This document shows, in pieces, positions 11,625 to 23,494 of a DNA stretch of 64,000 bases. The notes under the pieces are model-generated. The model searched no databases. It saw nothing but the letters and a program-made list of their open reading frames with translations, and was not told the origin of the DNA. Each line of letters opens with the position of its first letter. The first letter of the stretch is position 1. The translations under genes and the position numbers were made by a program. The stretch is from Heteronotia binoei (lineage: Eukaryota): the NCBI RefSeq assembly GCF_032191835.1, contig NC_083239.1, positions 55,924,001-55,988,000 of the forward strand. The letters are read 5' to 3'.

Positions 11625-12260
11625 CCAATCAGGGTCATCTAGTCCAACCCCTTGCATAAGGCAGGAAACTCACAGATCCCTCCCCCTAAATTCACAGGAT
11701 CTTCATTGCTGTCAGATGGCCATCCAGCCTCTGTTGAAAAACCTCCAAGGAAGGAGAGCCCACCACCTCCTGAAGAATCATAGAATCCTAGAGCTGGAAG
11801 AGACCTCCAGGGCCATCTAGTCCAACCCCCTGCACAATGCAGGACACTCACAAACACCTCCCCCTAAATCCACAGGATCTTCATTGCTGTCAGATGGCCA
11901 TCCAGCCTCTGTTTAAAACCTCCAAGGAAGGAGAGCCCACCACCTCCTGAAGAATCCTAGAGTTGGAAGGGAACTCTAAGGTCATCTAGTCCAACCCCTT
12001 GCACAATGCAGGAAACTCACAAACACCTCCCCCTAAATTCACAGGATCTTCATCGCTGTCAGATAGCCATCTAGCCTCTGTATAAAAACCTCCAAGGAAG
12101 GAGAGCCCACCACCTCCTGAAGAATCATAGAATCCTAGAGTTGGAAGGGACCTTCAGGGTCATCTAGTCCAACCCCCTGCACAATGCAGGAAACTCACAA
12201 ATCCCTCCCCCTAAATTCACAGGATCCTCATTGCTGTCAGATGGCCCTCTAGCCTCTGTT
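11625..12260 (-). repeat. Tandem array of CR1 3' ends, 4 units of ~170-178 bp
   Basis: agggtcatctagtccaacccc recurs at ~11631, 11809, 11979, 12156. Confidence 0.85.
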
Positions 12261-12699
12261 TAAAGGCACCTGCTGGAATGGCCTTGGGTCAGCCATAGCT
12301 CTCGTAGGAGTTGTCCTTGAAAGGGCAGCTGCTGTGTGAGCCCTCTCAGCCCCACCCACCTCGCAGGGTGTCTGTTTGTGGAGGAAGGGATAGGAGACCG
12401 TGAGCTGCTCTGAGATTCAGAGTGCAGGGTGGGATATAAATCCAATATCATCATCTTGAACACCGACTAAGTTTAATTCTGGGTAGAGGTTTTTGTGTGC
12501 ACGCATGCAGGCGAAATCTTATCCCCTGGATATCCTGCTGAATCTGAGGCCTGGCTGGAGCAAATATTTGACTCCCCGGGGAGTCCTCGCTTAGGTCTGC
12601 AGCCCCAGGAGGTGGCAGCTGCGGGGACAGAACTGGAAGCTCTTCGCGGGCAGAGACTCCGGGAACCCCCCTGGGGTCATGACCTCTTTCCCACCCCCG

Positions 12700-13270
12700 C
12701 CCCCCAGCAACGTGGGCCGCCCTCTGCCTGATTGGCCTAAGAGGCGCTTCCCGATTGGCTGCTGCTCGCCCAATGGCCGAGGCTCACCTGGCGCATGCGC
12801 ACCACCTCGCGACGCGGAGACGTTTCTAAGGCCGCGGCACCATAGAGTTGGCCACCTAGAGCGCCCAATCGACCCTGGGCGGCGGAGGCCGGCCGGCAGC
12901 CTCCGGGGTCCTTCTCCCGCGGGCCTCAATGGAGGCCGGACGCGCCGGTTCTTCTAGACGGGGCAACTTTTTGGTCCTCCCCCGGACTCTATGGTTGCGA
13001 AGCGGAGCCAGAAAAGACCCTTTGCCGTCTCTGTGGTCGGCAGAGAGGAAACGCCGGGCCCACTTTGTGAGCGCCTTTGCAACGCAGAGCAAGAGGAAGC
13101 GCTTTTCCTCGCTTCTCAGGGCTTTGAGGCCGCTCTAGCCCACTCCCTCTATGGTTCCGCCTTGTTTCCGGGCAGAACAGGAAGTGCCTGTAAACTCCCA
13201 CGCAGCTGCTGTGGCCCAGCACGCCCTCTGTGGCCGGGAGGCGCATTGCCAGATTGGTCATCCCAGGCTG
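12700..13270 (-). promoter_or_regulatory. ERCC1: ERCC1 CpG-island promoter and non-coding first exon (donor CAG|GTGAG at 12788/12787)
   Basis: CpG-dense; CCAAT/ATTGG boxes at ~12730, 12753, 12770, 12865, 13251; NRF1 palindrome GCGCATGCGC 12791-12800; ETS-like GGAAG(T) sites ~12997 and 13180. Confidence 0.7.
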
Positions 13271-13494
13271 GAAAATTCATGGGGAAATGTGGGGTCTGGA
13301 GCCGGAGGTGGGGGAGACGTTAAAATGCAATACAGTTCAGCCTCCAAAGCTCCTATTTTGTGCAGGGGGCCTGATCTCCATTGCCTGGAGACCAGTTGCA
13401 ATGCCAGTTCCCCAGGCATTACTCGGAAGTTGCAGGGATGCTGTAAGTAACAAAGAAGGTGGGACCAGAAGCAAGGAACAATAGACCAGAGCAG

Positions 13495-13998
13495 TAGGGT
13501 TGCCAAGTCCAATTTAAGAATCTGGGGACTTTGGGGGTGGAGCCAGGAGACATTAGGGGTGGAGCCAAGATAAAGGATGTGACAAGCATCATTGAACTCC
13601 AGAGGGAGTTCTGGCCACCCCATTTAAAGGGACGGCACATCTTTTCAATGCCTTCCTTCCATAGGAAATAATGAAGGAGAGGGGCACCTTTTTGGGAGGC
13701 TCATAGAATTGGACCCTCTGGTCCAATCATTTTGAAACTTGGGGAGTATTTTGGGGAGAGGCACTAGATGCTGTACTGAAAATTTGGTGCCTCTAGCTAA
13801 AAAAACAGCCCCCCCCCCAGATACCCGCGGATCAATTCTCCGTGATTTTCTATGGGAATACATCTCCATAGGGAATAATAAAGTTCCCAGCAGACATTTC
13901 CCACCCCTCCCCCCGCTTTCTGACGACCCTGAGGCGGGGGGGGGGAGAGCCTCCAAACCAGGGGATCCCCTGCCCCCATCTGGCGATTGGCAACCCTA
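13495..13998. mobile_element. Intact hAT-superfamily MITE
   Basis: 12-bp TIRs TAGGGTTGCCAA/TTGGCAACCCTA and identical 8-bp TSD CAGAGCAG (13487-94, 13999-14006). Confidence 0.9.
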
Positions 13999-14149
13999 CA
14001 GAGCAGCGAATCCGTGAACATAACAGAGTCCTTAATGAAGTTGAATATTAAGGTTAACTAAGGTCATACATAACAATTTTTAAGCCCGCTGAACGTTGTA
14101 CATGTTTTAATGACAAAGTGCTAGTGCAAAATGTGAAGTCTTGTAACAG

Positions 14150-14635
14150 ATTAGAACATACGGATATAAGAGAAGGCAGGTTGGATCAGGCAAATGGCCC
14201 ATCCAGTCCAACACTCTGTGTCACACAGTGGCCAATGTGTGTGTGTACACACACACATATATAGTGGCTAATAGCCACTGATGGACCTCTGCTCCTTATT
14301 TTTATCCAATCCCCTTTTGAAGCTGGCTATGCTTGTAGCCGCCACCTCCTGTGGCAGTGAATTCCACATGTTAATCACCCTTTGGGTGAAGGACTTCCTT
14401 TTATCCATTCTAACCCGACTGCTCATCAATTTCATTGAATGCCCACAAATTCTTGTATTGTGAGAAAGGGAGAAAAGTACTTCTTGCTCTACTTTCTCCA
14501 TCCCATGCATAATCTTGTAAACCTCTCATCTCACCCCGCAGTCCACGTTTCTCCAAGCTATAGATCCCCAAGTGTTTTAACCTTTCTTCATAGGGAAAGC
14601 GTTCCAAACCTTTAATCATTCTAGTTGCTTTCAAA
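14150..14635 (-). mobile_element. 5'-truncated CR1 LINE fragment
   Basis: RT C-terminal remnants (KRKSFTQRVINMWNSLPQEV; YEERLKHLGIYSLEKR). Confidence 0.85.
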
Positions 14636-15566
14636 TGGAGGTTCCAAATGGAGTAGACATTCCAGAAGACCCTCCAGGAGTAGACGTTGAGGGCCTTCTG
14701 GAACATCTACTCCATATTGTGAATGAATTACGGTAAATATGAATTGTGTGGATTACAATATTCAATTTCATTAGGGACTCCATTAGTTATTTTCACCGAT
14801 TTGCTGTTGTTGGATTACCTGAAAGTTGGCAACCTTCGTGTCCAGTGAGGGGAGTCACCAGGGACATCTTGCTGCAAAGTGCACCCTCCAAAGCTGCCAT
14901 TTCCGCCTGAGATCTTGGTGAGCTGCTGCCAGCCTGAGCAGACAAGCCTGACTTTTGATAGACCTGTTTGTGTGTGTGTTTCGAATTCAGCGTAAGGCAG
15001 CTGCATGGGATTGCATGAGATTTCCAGCCTGGAAGTTGGCAACCACATAAGGGCTCTTCTTCCAATGAAAAGGCCACCCTGTGACCATGCCCACCTCAGT
15101 CCCCAAGTTCACTTTGCTGTGTCTTTCTCCCTTGCACCATGCCTATGCCACACACAGCCTGGGGTTGGGTGGGGGAAATTCCTATCCTGCACGACGTTTT
15201 CTCAAAGCGTCCCCCCCCCCACCTTTCAGCAGCTGCTAACAGGATGCAACCCCTGCAGTCCAAATGTTGCCACAGCAGATGGGCTTCTTCTTCTGAGGCA
15301 ATGAAAACTGTTCAAAAGGGACTACTACTTTGCATAGGCAAAAAAAGTGAGGGGTGGTGAGAGAACTATTGCCTAAACTGACACTCCAACCAGAGGGCCC
15401 CCCCCCCTCCTTTCACTCTGTACTGGACAAGTCCTTCAAACCCCAGCAAGGTACTGGATTACCAGGGGGCGGATTTTCTTTAGGAGCTGCCCTTTTAGGG
15501 AAAACCAAAGAAGGGAAAGAAACTTAACCCAAAAACTGGAGTAAGAAACCTGAAATGTTAAGATGC

Positions 15567-16254
15567 AATTAAAGGGCCAAACGTTAAAAAAACAAAGTGT
15601 AAAGTAAATCATAAACCAACATATAGGTATTTATTGTAGAAAGCTAAAACCATTTAAGGGCCCATCATAAGCCTCTATCCTATGTACCATCCTAAAACCA
15701 CAATGGGAGCCCACTCAACTTAACCGGACGCGTTTGGACCTAGACTGGTCGTCTTCAGAGGTCAGAAAGGGAAGTACACATATTGGCTCATAATACAGAA
15801 CAGAATAAAACAATAGAACGATGCTGGATCAAAAGGAAATGTAATGAAGTGACAAAGGCTTAGCGATATTCTTGAGGCCTCTTATTCTACAGCCTTATGT
15901 CTTAACCAAGGGCATACATACTGCATCCAGTGTCTTATTGTATCCTGCATGGTCCAGAATTGATCAAGATAGGTATAAGGCCAGAGCCTATGTGCCAACT
16001 CATTAAATTTCCTTGTGGTCCAGCATTGTTCTACTGTTTTATTCTATTCTGTATTATGAGCCAATATGTGTACTTCCCTTTCTGACCTCTGAAGACCAGT
16101 CAAGTTGAGTGGGTTCCCATTGTGGTTTTATGACTGTACATAGGATAGAGGCTTATGATGGGCCCTTAAATGGTTTCAGCTTTCTACAATAAATACATGT
16201 ATGTTGGTTTATAATTTATTTTACACTTTGTTTTTAATGTTTGGCCCTTTAATT
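15567..16254. mobile_element. Inverted repeat (arms 15567-15848 and 16000-16254, ~150-bp spacer), Penelope-like
   Basis: Arms are reverse complements; the left arm carries CTGAAGA-cgacc-agtcta-ggtc-CAAAC on the minus strand. Confidence 0.65.
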
Positions 16255-16260
16255 ATGATC

Positions 16261-16850
16261 ACAGAATCATAGAGTTGGAAGGGACCTCCAGGGTCATCTA
16301 GTCCAACCCCCTGCACAATGCAGGAAACTCACAAACGCCTCCCCCTAAATTCACAGGATCTTCATTGCTGTCAGATGGCCATCTGGCCTCTGTTGAAAAA
16401 CCTCCAAGGAAGGAGAGCCCACCACCTTCCAAGGAGGAAGCCTGTTCCACTGAGGAATCGCTCTAACGGTCAGGAAGTTCTTCCTCATGTTGAGCCGGAA
16501 ACTCTTTTGATTTAATTTCAACCCATTGGTTCTGGTCCTACCTTCCAGGACCACAGAAAACAATTCCACCCCATCCTCTACAGGACAGCCCTTCAGGTAC
16601 TTGAAGATGGTGATCCTATCACCTCTCAGCCGCCTCCTCTCCAGGCTGAACATTCCCAGCTCCTTCAACCTTTCCTCATAGGACTTGGTCTCCAGACCCC
16701 TCACCATCTTCGTCGCCCTCCTCTTGTCCTTTTCCAGCTTGTCTAGATCCTTCTTAAAATGTGGTGCCCAAAACTGAACACAAGACTCCAGGTGAGGTCT
16801 CACCAGAGCAGAGTAAAGCGACACCATCACATCACGTGTTCTGGACACTA
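16261..16850 (-). mobile_element. CR1 LINE 3' fragment
   Basis: ORF 16351-16848 [23 protein letters not shown]...[20 protein letters not shown]. Confidence 0.9.
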
Positions 16851-17019
16851 TAGAACTGCATATTAACCTTTCAGGTTTCTTACTTCCTTCCAGACCAGGC
16901 AGAGAAGAGCCCTCTTGTGAGGTTCATCCTGACAGCCTGTTATTCCAACAAAGGTCAGCACCCACAGAGAGACGCAACCAGCACCCGGCAGTCCAATATC
17001 AGCAGCCAGAAGATACCAT

Positions 17020-17025
17020 TTTATT
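17020..17025 (-). terminator. AATAAA polyadenylation signal of the CIPC-like gene
   Basis: TTTATT on +, ~650 nt past the stop, with GU-rich sequence downstream on the minus strand. Confidence 0.6.
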
Positions 17026-17671
17026 GGACCATCTTTGGTCGGCAGCAGCATAACGCAAGCTTTTCCAGATAGGCAGAGCTCTTCACCAGGCAGAGAGTGG
17101 TACAGATTCACCCTTCAGTCCCCCAAGGGAGGGCGCAGTTCTCTTCTCCCAGCACAGCCTGCAAGCAGGTGGCAGTTTGGGTGGAAGGAGGAGGGGACTG
17201 GCTTCCTTACTGCCAGGAGGCCCCTGAACAGCCACGCCAGGAGAGACCCAAAGCCGAAAGCCCCGGTCCAGTCTGAAGGATGCTGGAAAGCTCTGGCGGA
17301 GTCTTGCTCCCAGAAGACAGACACAGTCCTGAGCTCCAGAGAGAGAAAGCTGTGATGCGATCAATGCCAAAACCACTCCTCTTTCCCAACCTGCCTTCGC
17401 TTCCGCCTCAGCAACCCAACCCACCAAGCTCCCCTCCCCTCCCCTCCACCAATCTAGTTCCCAGCCAGGCCGGCAGCGCCCAGCCTGATGCTCCAGGTTT
17501 AAAGGCCTCCCTCCCCTCCCCTCTCTCAGAGGCCATCCAAGTCCCCCAAGTGGCCAAGAGGGCCAGCCCGGCCTTCGTCTCAAAGCTCCTTCTGGAGGCT
17601 GAGGGTCAGGAGAGGCTCATCCCTTCTGCTTTCAAAGAACACCCTTTGCTCGGGAAGAAAACGCGGAGGGG

Positions 17672-18565
17672 CTAAGGCAGCTCTGGTCCCACTGAGGAGG
17701 CAGCCGGGGCCAGGGACAAATTCACAGGCGAGCTGGGGGGAGACTCTTGGGCCTCAGCTGCAGAGGAATCGGTGGCCTCGGCCGGCAGGCTCTGCCCCCG
17801 CAGCGGGTGAGAAGCGGCCCCCTTGCTGGCCCAGTAATCGGCGGAGCGGTCCACGGCCTCCTGGAGGCGGGTCCAGGCGAGGGTGTCGTTGCTCTGGACG
17901 GCCTCGCAGAGGAGCTGGGCTTGCTCCCGCAGCTCGGCCAAGTCCCGCTGCGTGTTGCTGCTCTGCCGGATCAGCTCCTTGGTCCGCAGCGTGATGCCCA
18001 GAAGCCCCGACCTCCGCAGGATCTCCACCGTGTTGTGGAAGCGGCGCTGCTTCGCCAGGCTGCTGAAGCCCAGTTTCTTGGAGGCCCTAGAGATCATCCG
18101 CACCTCCGCCTGCTCCAAGCCGGCCATCCCGCAGCCGGTGGACGAGGTGACGGCGTTCTGGGAGACGGCGGGAGGGTCCGAGGAAGCGGGGGGCGGGGGC
18201 GGCTCCCCTCCCTGCTTCTCCCCGCCACGTTTTGCCGCAGCAGGCTTGGAGGACGAGACCCAGGCCTCTTCCAAGCAGAAGCGCTTGTTCCTGCTGACGT
18301 TGTCGCCTGTCAGGGCGGCCTCCAGCCCTGCCGCCTTCGGCTGCCGGTCAAGGCCGGGGTGAGGAGCGATTTTGGGGTAAGTGCTGAGGCTGGCCGGGTA
18401 GGTCGCCTTGGTCGCCGCAGACTTCCGGTTGGGAAGGAGAGGCTTCAAGGTGGCCAGCGGCTGCTGGATGAGGAGCACGCGGGCTGGGGGGCCCTGCAGG
18501 CCGTTGAGGGAGTGTTGGCTGCCCCACGCCAGGAACTGGGTCGGGGCAGATGGGCCGCCTGGGGG
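17672..18565 (-). CDS. CIPC-like: CLOCK-interacting pacemaker (CIPC)-like protein, coding exon 3 (last)
   Basis: TTCTTCCTTCTGCAG acceptor (18566-67), TAG 17674-17672. Contains TYPKIAPHPG (human CIPC SYTKIAPHPG) and KQRRFHNTVEILRRSGLLGITLRTKELIRQ...LREQAQLLCEAV...AWTRLQ (human [30 protein letters not shown]...LKEQTQLFIEAT...AWAKLQ). Confidence 0.92.
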   Translation of the reverse strand, partial: PPGGPSAPTQFLAWGSQHSLNGLQGPPARVLLIQQPLATLKPLLPNRKSAATKATYPASLSTYPKIAPHPGLDRQPKAAGLEAALTGDNVSRNKRFCLEEAWVSSSKPAAAKRGGEKQGGEPPPPPASSDPPAVSQNAVTSSTGCGMAGLEQAEVRMISRASKKLGFSSLAKQRRFHNTVEILRRSGLLGITLRTKELIRQSSNTQRDLAELREQAQLLCEAVQSNDTLAWTRLQEAVDRSADYWASKGAASHPLRGQSLPAEATDSSAAEAQESPPSSPVNLSLAPAASSVGPELP

Positions 18566-18797
18566 CTGCAGAAGGAAGAAGCAAGAACAGGCGTTAGCCA
18601 GCAATCAACGGACGCAGCACTCTGGAAGGGCACAGGGCACTGGAGATCAGACTGGGCACCGCTGCCCCCCACCCCCCTTCCTTCCTTCTGGTCCACATCT
18701 GGGGCCCTGCTGGGAGGGAACGTGGGGGAGGGAGAAGAGGCTCCCAGGCAGCCGTGGCACAGAGCAGGCAGTGCCGGGGCCTCCTCTCAAGGGGTAC

Positions 18798-18979
18798 CTG
18801 TTTGAGGGCAACATTTCTGACAAAGTACACAGGAGCAAGGCTGGCGAAGGTGCCACCAGGAAGCCCCCCGGACGCCTTCTGTGGAGCCCTCTGCAGCTTG
18901 GGCGGGCGGCGCAGGGAGGAGGCGGACTGGTCCTCCGTGTCTGTCTGCTCCACGGTGCTCAGGTACTCCGAGCTCACAT
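18798..18979 (-). CDS. CIPC-like: CIPC-like coding exon 2: (D)VSSEYLSTVEQTDTED...FASLAPVYFVRNVALKQ
   Basis: TGTACAG acceptor, CAG|GTACC donor, 182 nt, phase 1 in / 0 out; matches CIPC DGSSECLSSAEQMESED and FPTLSPMVVMKNVLVKQ. Confidence 0.9.
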
Positions 18980-19544
18980 CTGTACAGAGAGGTACAAAAG
19001 GGGGGGGGGGGAGAAGTATTCAGGAGGCAGGAGGGAAAAAAAGAAGGCGAAACACTCAGCTAACCACTCCCCCCCCACGAGGGCCCCAACCCCGCTTAAC
19101 GGCACCAAGGATGTCCTACTGTGAACCCAGACCTCTACCCACATCCCCTTTTTCAAATTTTCCAGCCTGGGCCCCTTTGTGCAGCTCAGCCATTACTTTC
19201 CCACAACCAGGGTTCAAACTGGGGCTACGACAATCATTTTGCGTGGCTCTGCACTTCCCAGAGGGACCCAGGAAGGCAAGAGCGCCGGTGGCAAGATCCT
19301 GCCAGACATCCAGCCAAAAAGCTGCTTCCCCTTGAAAGTCCCTTTCCCCATTTTATTTCCCAGCCACTTCTGGCCTTCTCTGTTGAAGTGGTAGCGGAAA
19401 TAATCCGTGAAAAATTACTAATACAAGTTAAAGCCACAATTCATACACAATTAATATAATCTCAATAATTTATGAATGAAAGGTCTTACAGACCACAACA
19501 ATATTTCATCTTCGCAATATGCATCAGTGCATTCCCATGAGAGT

Positions 19545-20085
19545 CAGTTTGGTGTAGTGGTTAAGTGTGCGGACTCTTATCTGGGAGAACCGGGTTTGAT
19601 TCCCCACTCCTCCACTTGCAGCTGCTGGAATGGCCTTGGGTCAGCCAGAGCTCTCTTATCTGGGAGAACCGGGTGTGATTCCCCCCTCCTCCACTTGCAG
19701 CTGCTGGAATGGCCTTGGGTCAGCCAGAGCTCTTAAGAACATAAGAGAAGCCATGTTGGATCAGGCCAGTGGCCCATCCAGTCCAACACTGTGTCACAGA
19801 AGAACATAAGAGAAGCCCTGTTGGATCTGGCCAGTGGCCCATCCAGTCCAAAACTCTGTGTCACAGAAGAACATAAGAGAATCCCTGTTGGATCAGGCCA
19901 GTGGCCCATCCAGTCCAACACTGTGTCACAGAAGAACATAAGAGAAGCCCTGTTGGATCAGGCCAGTGGCCCATCCAGTCCAACTCTCTGTGTCACAGAA
20001 GAACATAAAGAGAAGCCATGTTGGATCAGGCCAGTGGCCCCTCCAGTCCAACACTCTGTGTCACACAGTGGCCAAAAAACCAGGC
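19545..20085. repeat. Squam3 head duplication (19545-19735) followed by 5 tandem ~68-bp CR1 3'-tail units
   Basis: aagaacataagagaagcc...ccagtccaacact repeats. Confidence 0.85.
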
Positions 20086-20401
20086 GCCATCAGGAGGTCC
20101 ACCAGTGGGGCCAGGACACGAGAAGCCCTCCCACTGTGCCCACCCCCCTCTTCTCTAACCAGAGGCACACGCCTCCCCCCAGAATACACTCAGCCATGCA
20201 GCACAGGGCCTGTAAGGCAGAGGTGTTCTGCCAGGCTATTGGTCGAGAGCAGCAACAGTCTTCCCATTGGCTGGCACCCCTTCTTCCCTCCCCCCCACAA
20301 TATAATCCAATTGTATTGTAAGAGTTGTCCTCGAAAGGGCAGCTTATAAGAGTTGTCCTCGAAAGGGCAGCTTCTGTCAGAGCTCTCTCAGCCCCACCCA
20401 C

Positions 20402-20915
20402 CTCACAGGGTGTCTGTTGTGGGGGAGGAAGGGAAAGGAGATTGTGAGCCGCTCTGAGACTCTTCGGAGTGGAGGGCGGGATATAAATCCAATATCTTCA
20501 TCTACCTCACAGGGTGTCTGTTGTGGGGGAGGAAGGGAAAGGAGACTGTGAGCCGCGCTGAGACTCTTCGGAGTGGAGGGTGGGATATAAATCCAATATC
20601 TACCTCACAGGGTGTCTGTTGTGGGGGAGGAAGGTAAAGGAGATTGTGAGCTGCTCTGAGACTCTTCAGAGTGGAGGGCGGGATATAAATCCAATATCTT
20701 CATCTACCTCACAGGGTGTCTGTTGTGGGGGAGGAAGGGAAAGGAGATTGTGAGCCGCTCTGAGACTCTTCGGAGTGGAGGGCGAGATATAAATCCAATA
20801 TCTTCATCTACCTCACAGGGTGTCTGTTGTGGGGGAGGAAGGGAAAGGAGATTGTGAGCCACTCTGAGACTCTTCGGAGTGGAGGGCGGGATATAAATCC
20901 AATATCATCATCTTC
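20402..20915 (+). repeat. Squam3-like 3'-end tandem array, 5 units of ~98-104 bp
   Basis: Reverse complement of the 6297-7540 unit. Confidence 0.88.
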
Positions 20916-22244
20916 TTCTTGCTAGTGTAAAACTTGAAAAGTTCTCCAATATATCCCAAGTCAAGTGTAGATATCCTGGAAGACGTGGATAGTCAGCATA
21001 TTCTTCACGTTTCAATCTTTGTTGAGGGATGCATTGGACAGAGTATCCAGCACAATATCTTGACAGTGGCAAAAGCTCAAGACGTTGCACATGAATTGTG
21101 GCTTTAACTTTTATTAGTCATTTTTCACGGATTATTTCCACTACCTCCATGATTCTCTTTTCTTCTCCTCTGCTGAACTGGCTACTTCCATGTAGACAGA
21201 TCCCAGTAGGCAATGGATGTTATCATCTCTTGAGAAACCAGGCCCTCTATTTAAACTAACAAAACCAGAATGTTACCTAGATTTATGGCACTTCGCACCT
21301 ACAACGGCAGTCTGCTTTTTAATCACCCTCCAGTGTTTTTCTTTCAGCCCTGCTTTGTCCTAACACTGACAAACACAGATCCCTGTTTGCGATTCTTTTA
21401 ATCTGCTAAAAACATTCCCATGATTCCACACTGCCCACTTATATTAAGAATCGCTGCTTGCCGTTCCCATTTTGTCTGATGAAGTCTGCCTAAGAGCATC
21501 CGAAAGCTTCCATTCTAAATAAAACTTCGTTGGTCTTAAAGGTGCGCTTGCCTGCTGCTTTGTTCTCTGGCTACTTCCAGCTCACTGCAGGGATGCCTGA
21601 ATCTATCCTTCTGTCCTTCCGGGCGTGTCAGCAGCCAGAGAAGGGAAGGGGAATGTGTTAAGTTACTGCTTCTCTCCCCCCCACCCCCCCAAACCAAAGA
21701 ACTGCTTGTTGATTTTCCACGATAGCCAAGCTTTAATTGCACAACCCCAAAATAAGGAGCAATTGATTCAGCTGAGAAACAGTCATCAAATCCCCCCCCC
21801 CCTTCCATTCCCCACCATCATGGCCACTGTCCTGAAACAACTGAGGCCAAATTCAGGAATGGGGGATCAGAAATTAAGTGGGAAGGAGCAAATGAAATGG
21901 GAAAGGAGCCCAGGAACACCGCAGTCGCTCCCTGCCCGTTCACACTGGAAATTTAATATATATATTTTTAATTAGATCAGGAAAAGAAAGATGGAAAAGC
22001 AACACAGGAGCATCTGGCAGCACTGCCCAGATTCTTGTTGAGCAGAGAGCCAACACACCAAGTCCTGCTCAGAGAACAAAGCAGTAGACAGGTGGTAAGT
22101 TGGTAATTATAGAGACAGCCCCACCCTCCCCCTCCAGCACTCTTCCTTCCTGGCCTCATGATCCCCCCCACCCCTGCAAAGGGCTCCCCAGAAGGCTGGA
22201 TCTAGAGCTCCTTCCACAGAGAAGGGTCAAACAGTTTGGTGAGA

Positions 22245-22510
22245 GAGTCGGTTTGGTGTAGTGGTGAAGCGTGCGGACTCTGATCTGGGAGAACCGGGTT
22301 TGATTCCCCCACTCCTCCACTTGCAGCTGCTAGCATGGCCTTGGGTCAGCCATAGCTCTTGTAGGAGTTGTCCTTGAAAGGGCAGTTTCTGTCAGAGCTC
22401 TCTCAGCCCCACCCAACTCACAGGGTGTCTGTTGTGGGGGAGGAAGATAGAGGAGATTGTGAGCCGCTCTGAGACTCTGAATATAGGACAGGATATAAAT
22501 CCAGTATCAT
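22245..22510 (+). mobile_element. Squam3-like (MIR/Ther1-derived) SINE, near full length
   Basis: gagagtcggtttggtgtagtgg...ccgggtttgattcccc...ggatataaatcc. Confidence 0.8.
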
Positions 22511-23195
22511 CATCCAACAGGAACTTGAAGGAGCCAGTCTATGTTTTGGATCCTCCAGCAGAGGAGAGAAGAAACTGGAGCCAATCCCTTCTGCCCCGTC
22601 TCACTTGCAGGGAAGGACAGATGCTTCTGCTCTGGACAGAGAGGTGCTCCAGAAATCCTTCCCGTGGGGGGCCACAGCTCCTCTGCAAGGACGCTTACTC
22701 GCGGGGAAGCCACATGCCACGAATCCAAGTCCCTCCATTGCCAGGGTCTGAGACGGACACCCTCCCCTTCTTGTGCTTCCCTCACCTCAGAAGCATTTTG
22801 AATTTCTTTTTTCTCAAAATGAACATTTGCAATAATCTACAGAGCAGCAGTAGTGGCAGGGAGAGGGGCTCCGGATCTCGGGGGGGGGGGGGGGCTTCCA
22901 GGGTGTCACGGCCTTTTCACAGTTAAGAGGACAAGAGACTCTTTGCCTGGCAGAGGGATGGAGCAATCGAGGGAGATGGGCAGATTGGAGTGGGTGCAGA
23001 GGAGAGTGGCGAAGATTATCCGGGGCCTGGAGACCAAGCCCTGCAAGGAAAGGTTGAGGGACTTTAAGGATGTTCAGTCTGAAGAAGAGGAAGTGGGAGG
23101 GGGGGGGAGGAGAACACGATAGCTCTCTGTGTGTATTTGAAAGGTGCTCTCTTAGGGGAGGGCAGAGAACTGTTCCTGTTTGCAACATAGAGGGA

Positions 23196-23494
23196 AAAGG
23201 AAAGGTCCCCTGTGCAAGCACCAGTCGCTTCCGACTCTGGGGTGACGTTGCTTTCACAACGTTTTCACGGCAGACTTTTTACGGGGTGGTTTGCCCTTGC
23301 CTTCCCCAGTCCTCTACACTTTCCCCCAGCAAGCTGGTGACTCATTTGACCGACCTCAGAAGGATGGAAGGCTGAGTCAACCTGGAGCCGGCTACCTGAA
23401 CCAGCTTCTGCTGGAATCAAACTCAGGTCATGAGCAGAGAGTTCAGACCACAGCACTGCAGTACTGCTGCTTTACCACTCTGCGCCACGGGGCT
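23196..23494 (+). mobile_element. Sauria SINE
   Basis: aaggaaaggtcccctgtgcaagcacc...ctgcgccacggggct. Confidence 0.85.

Noticed and set aside
16833-16838. E-box CACGTG
   Set aside because: Inside a CR1 RT remnant, 3' of the gene; excluded from the clock-motif count.
17747-18805. 352-aa + strand ORF
   Set aside because: Antisense shadow of the GC-rich CIPC-like exon 3; no recognisable motifs.
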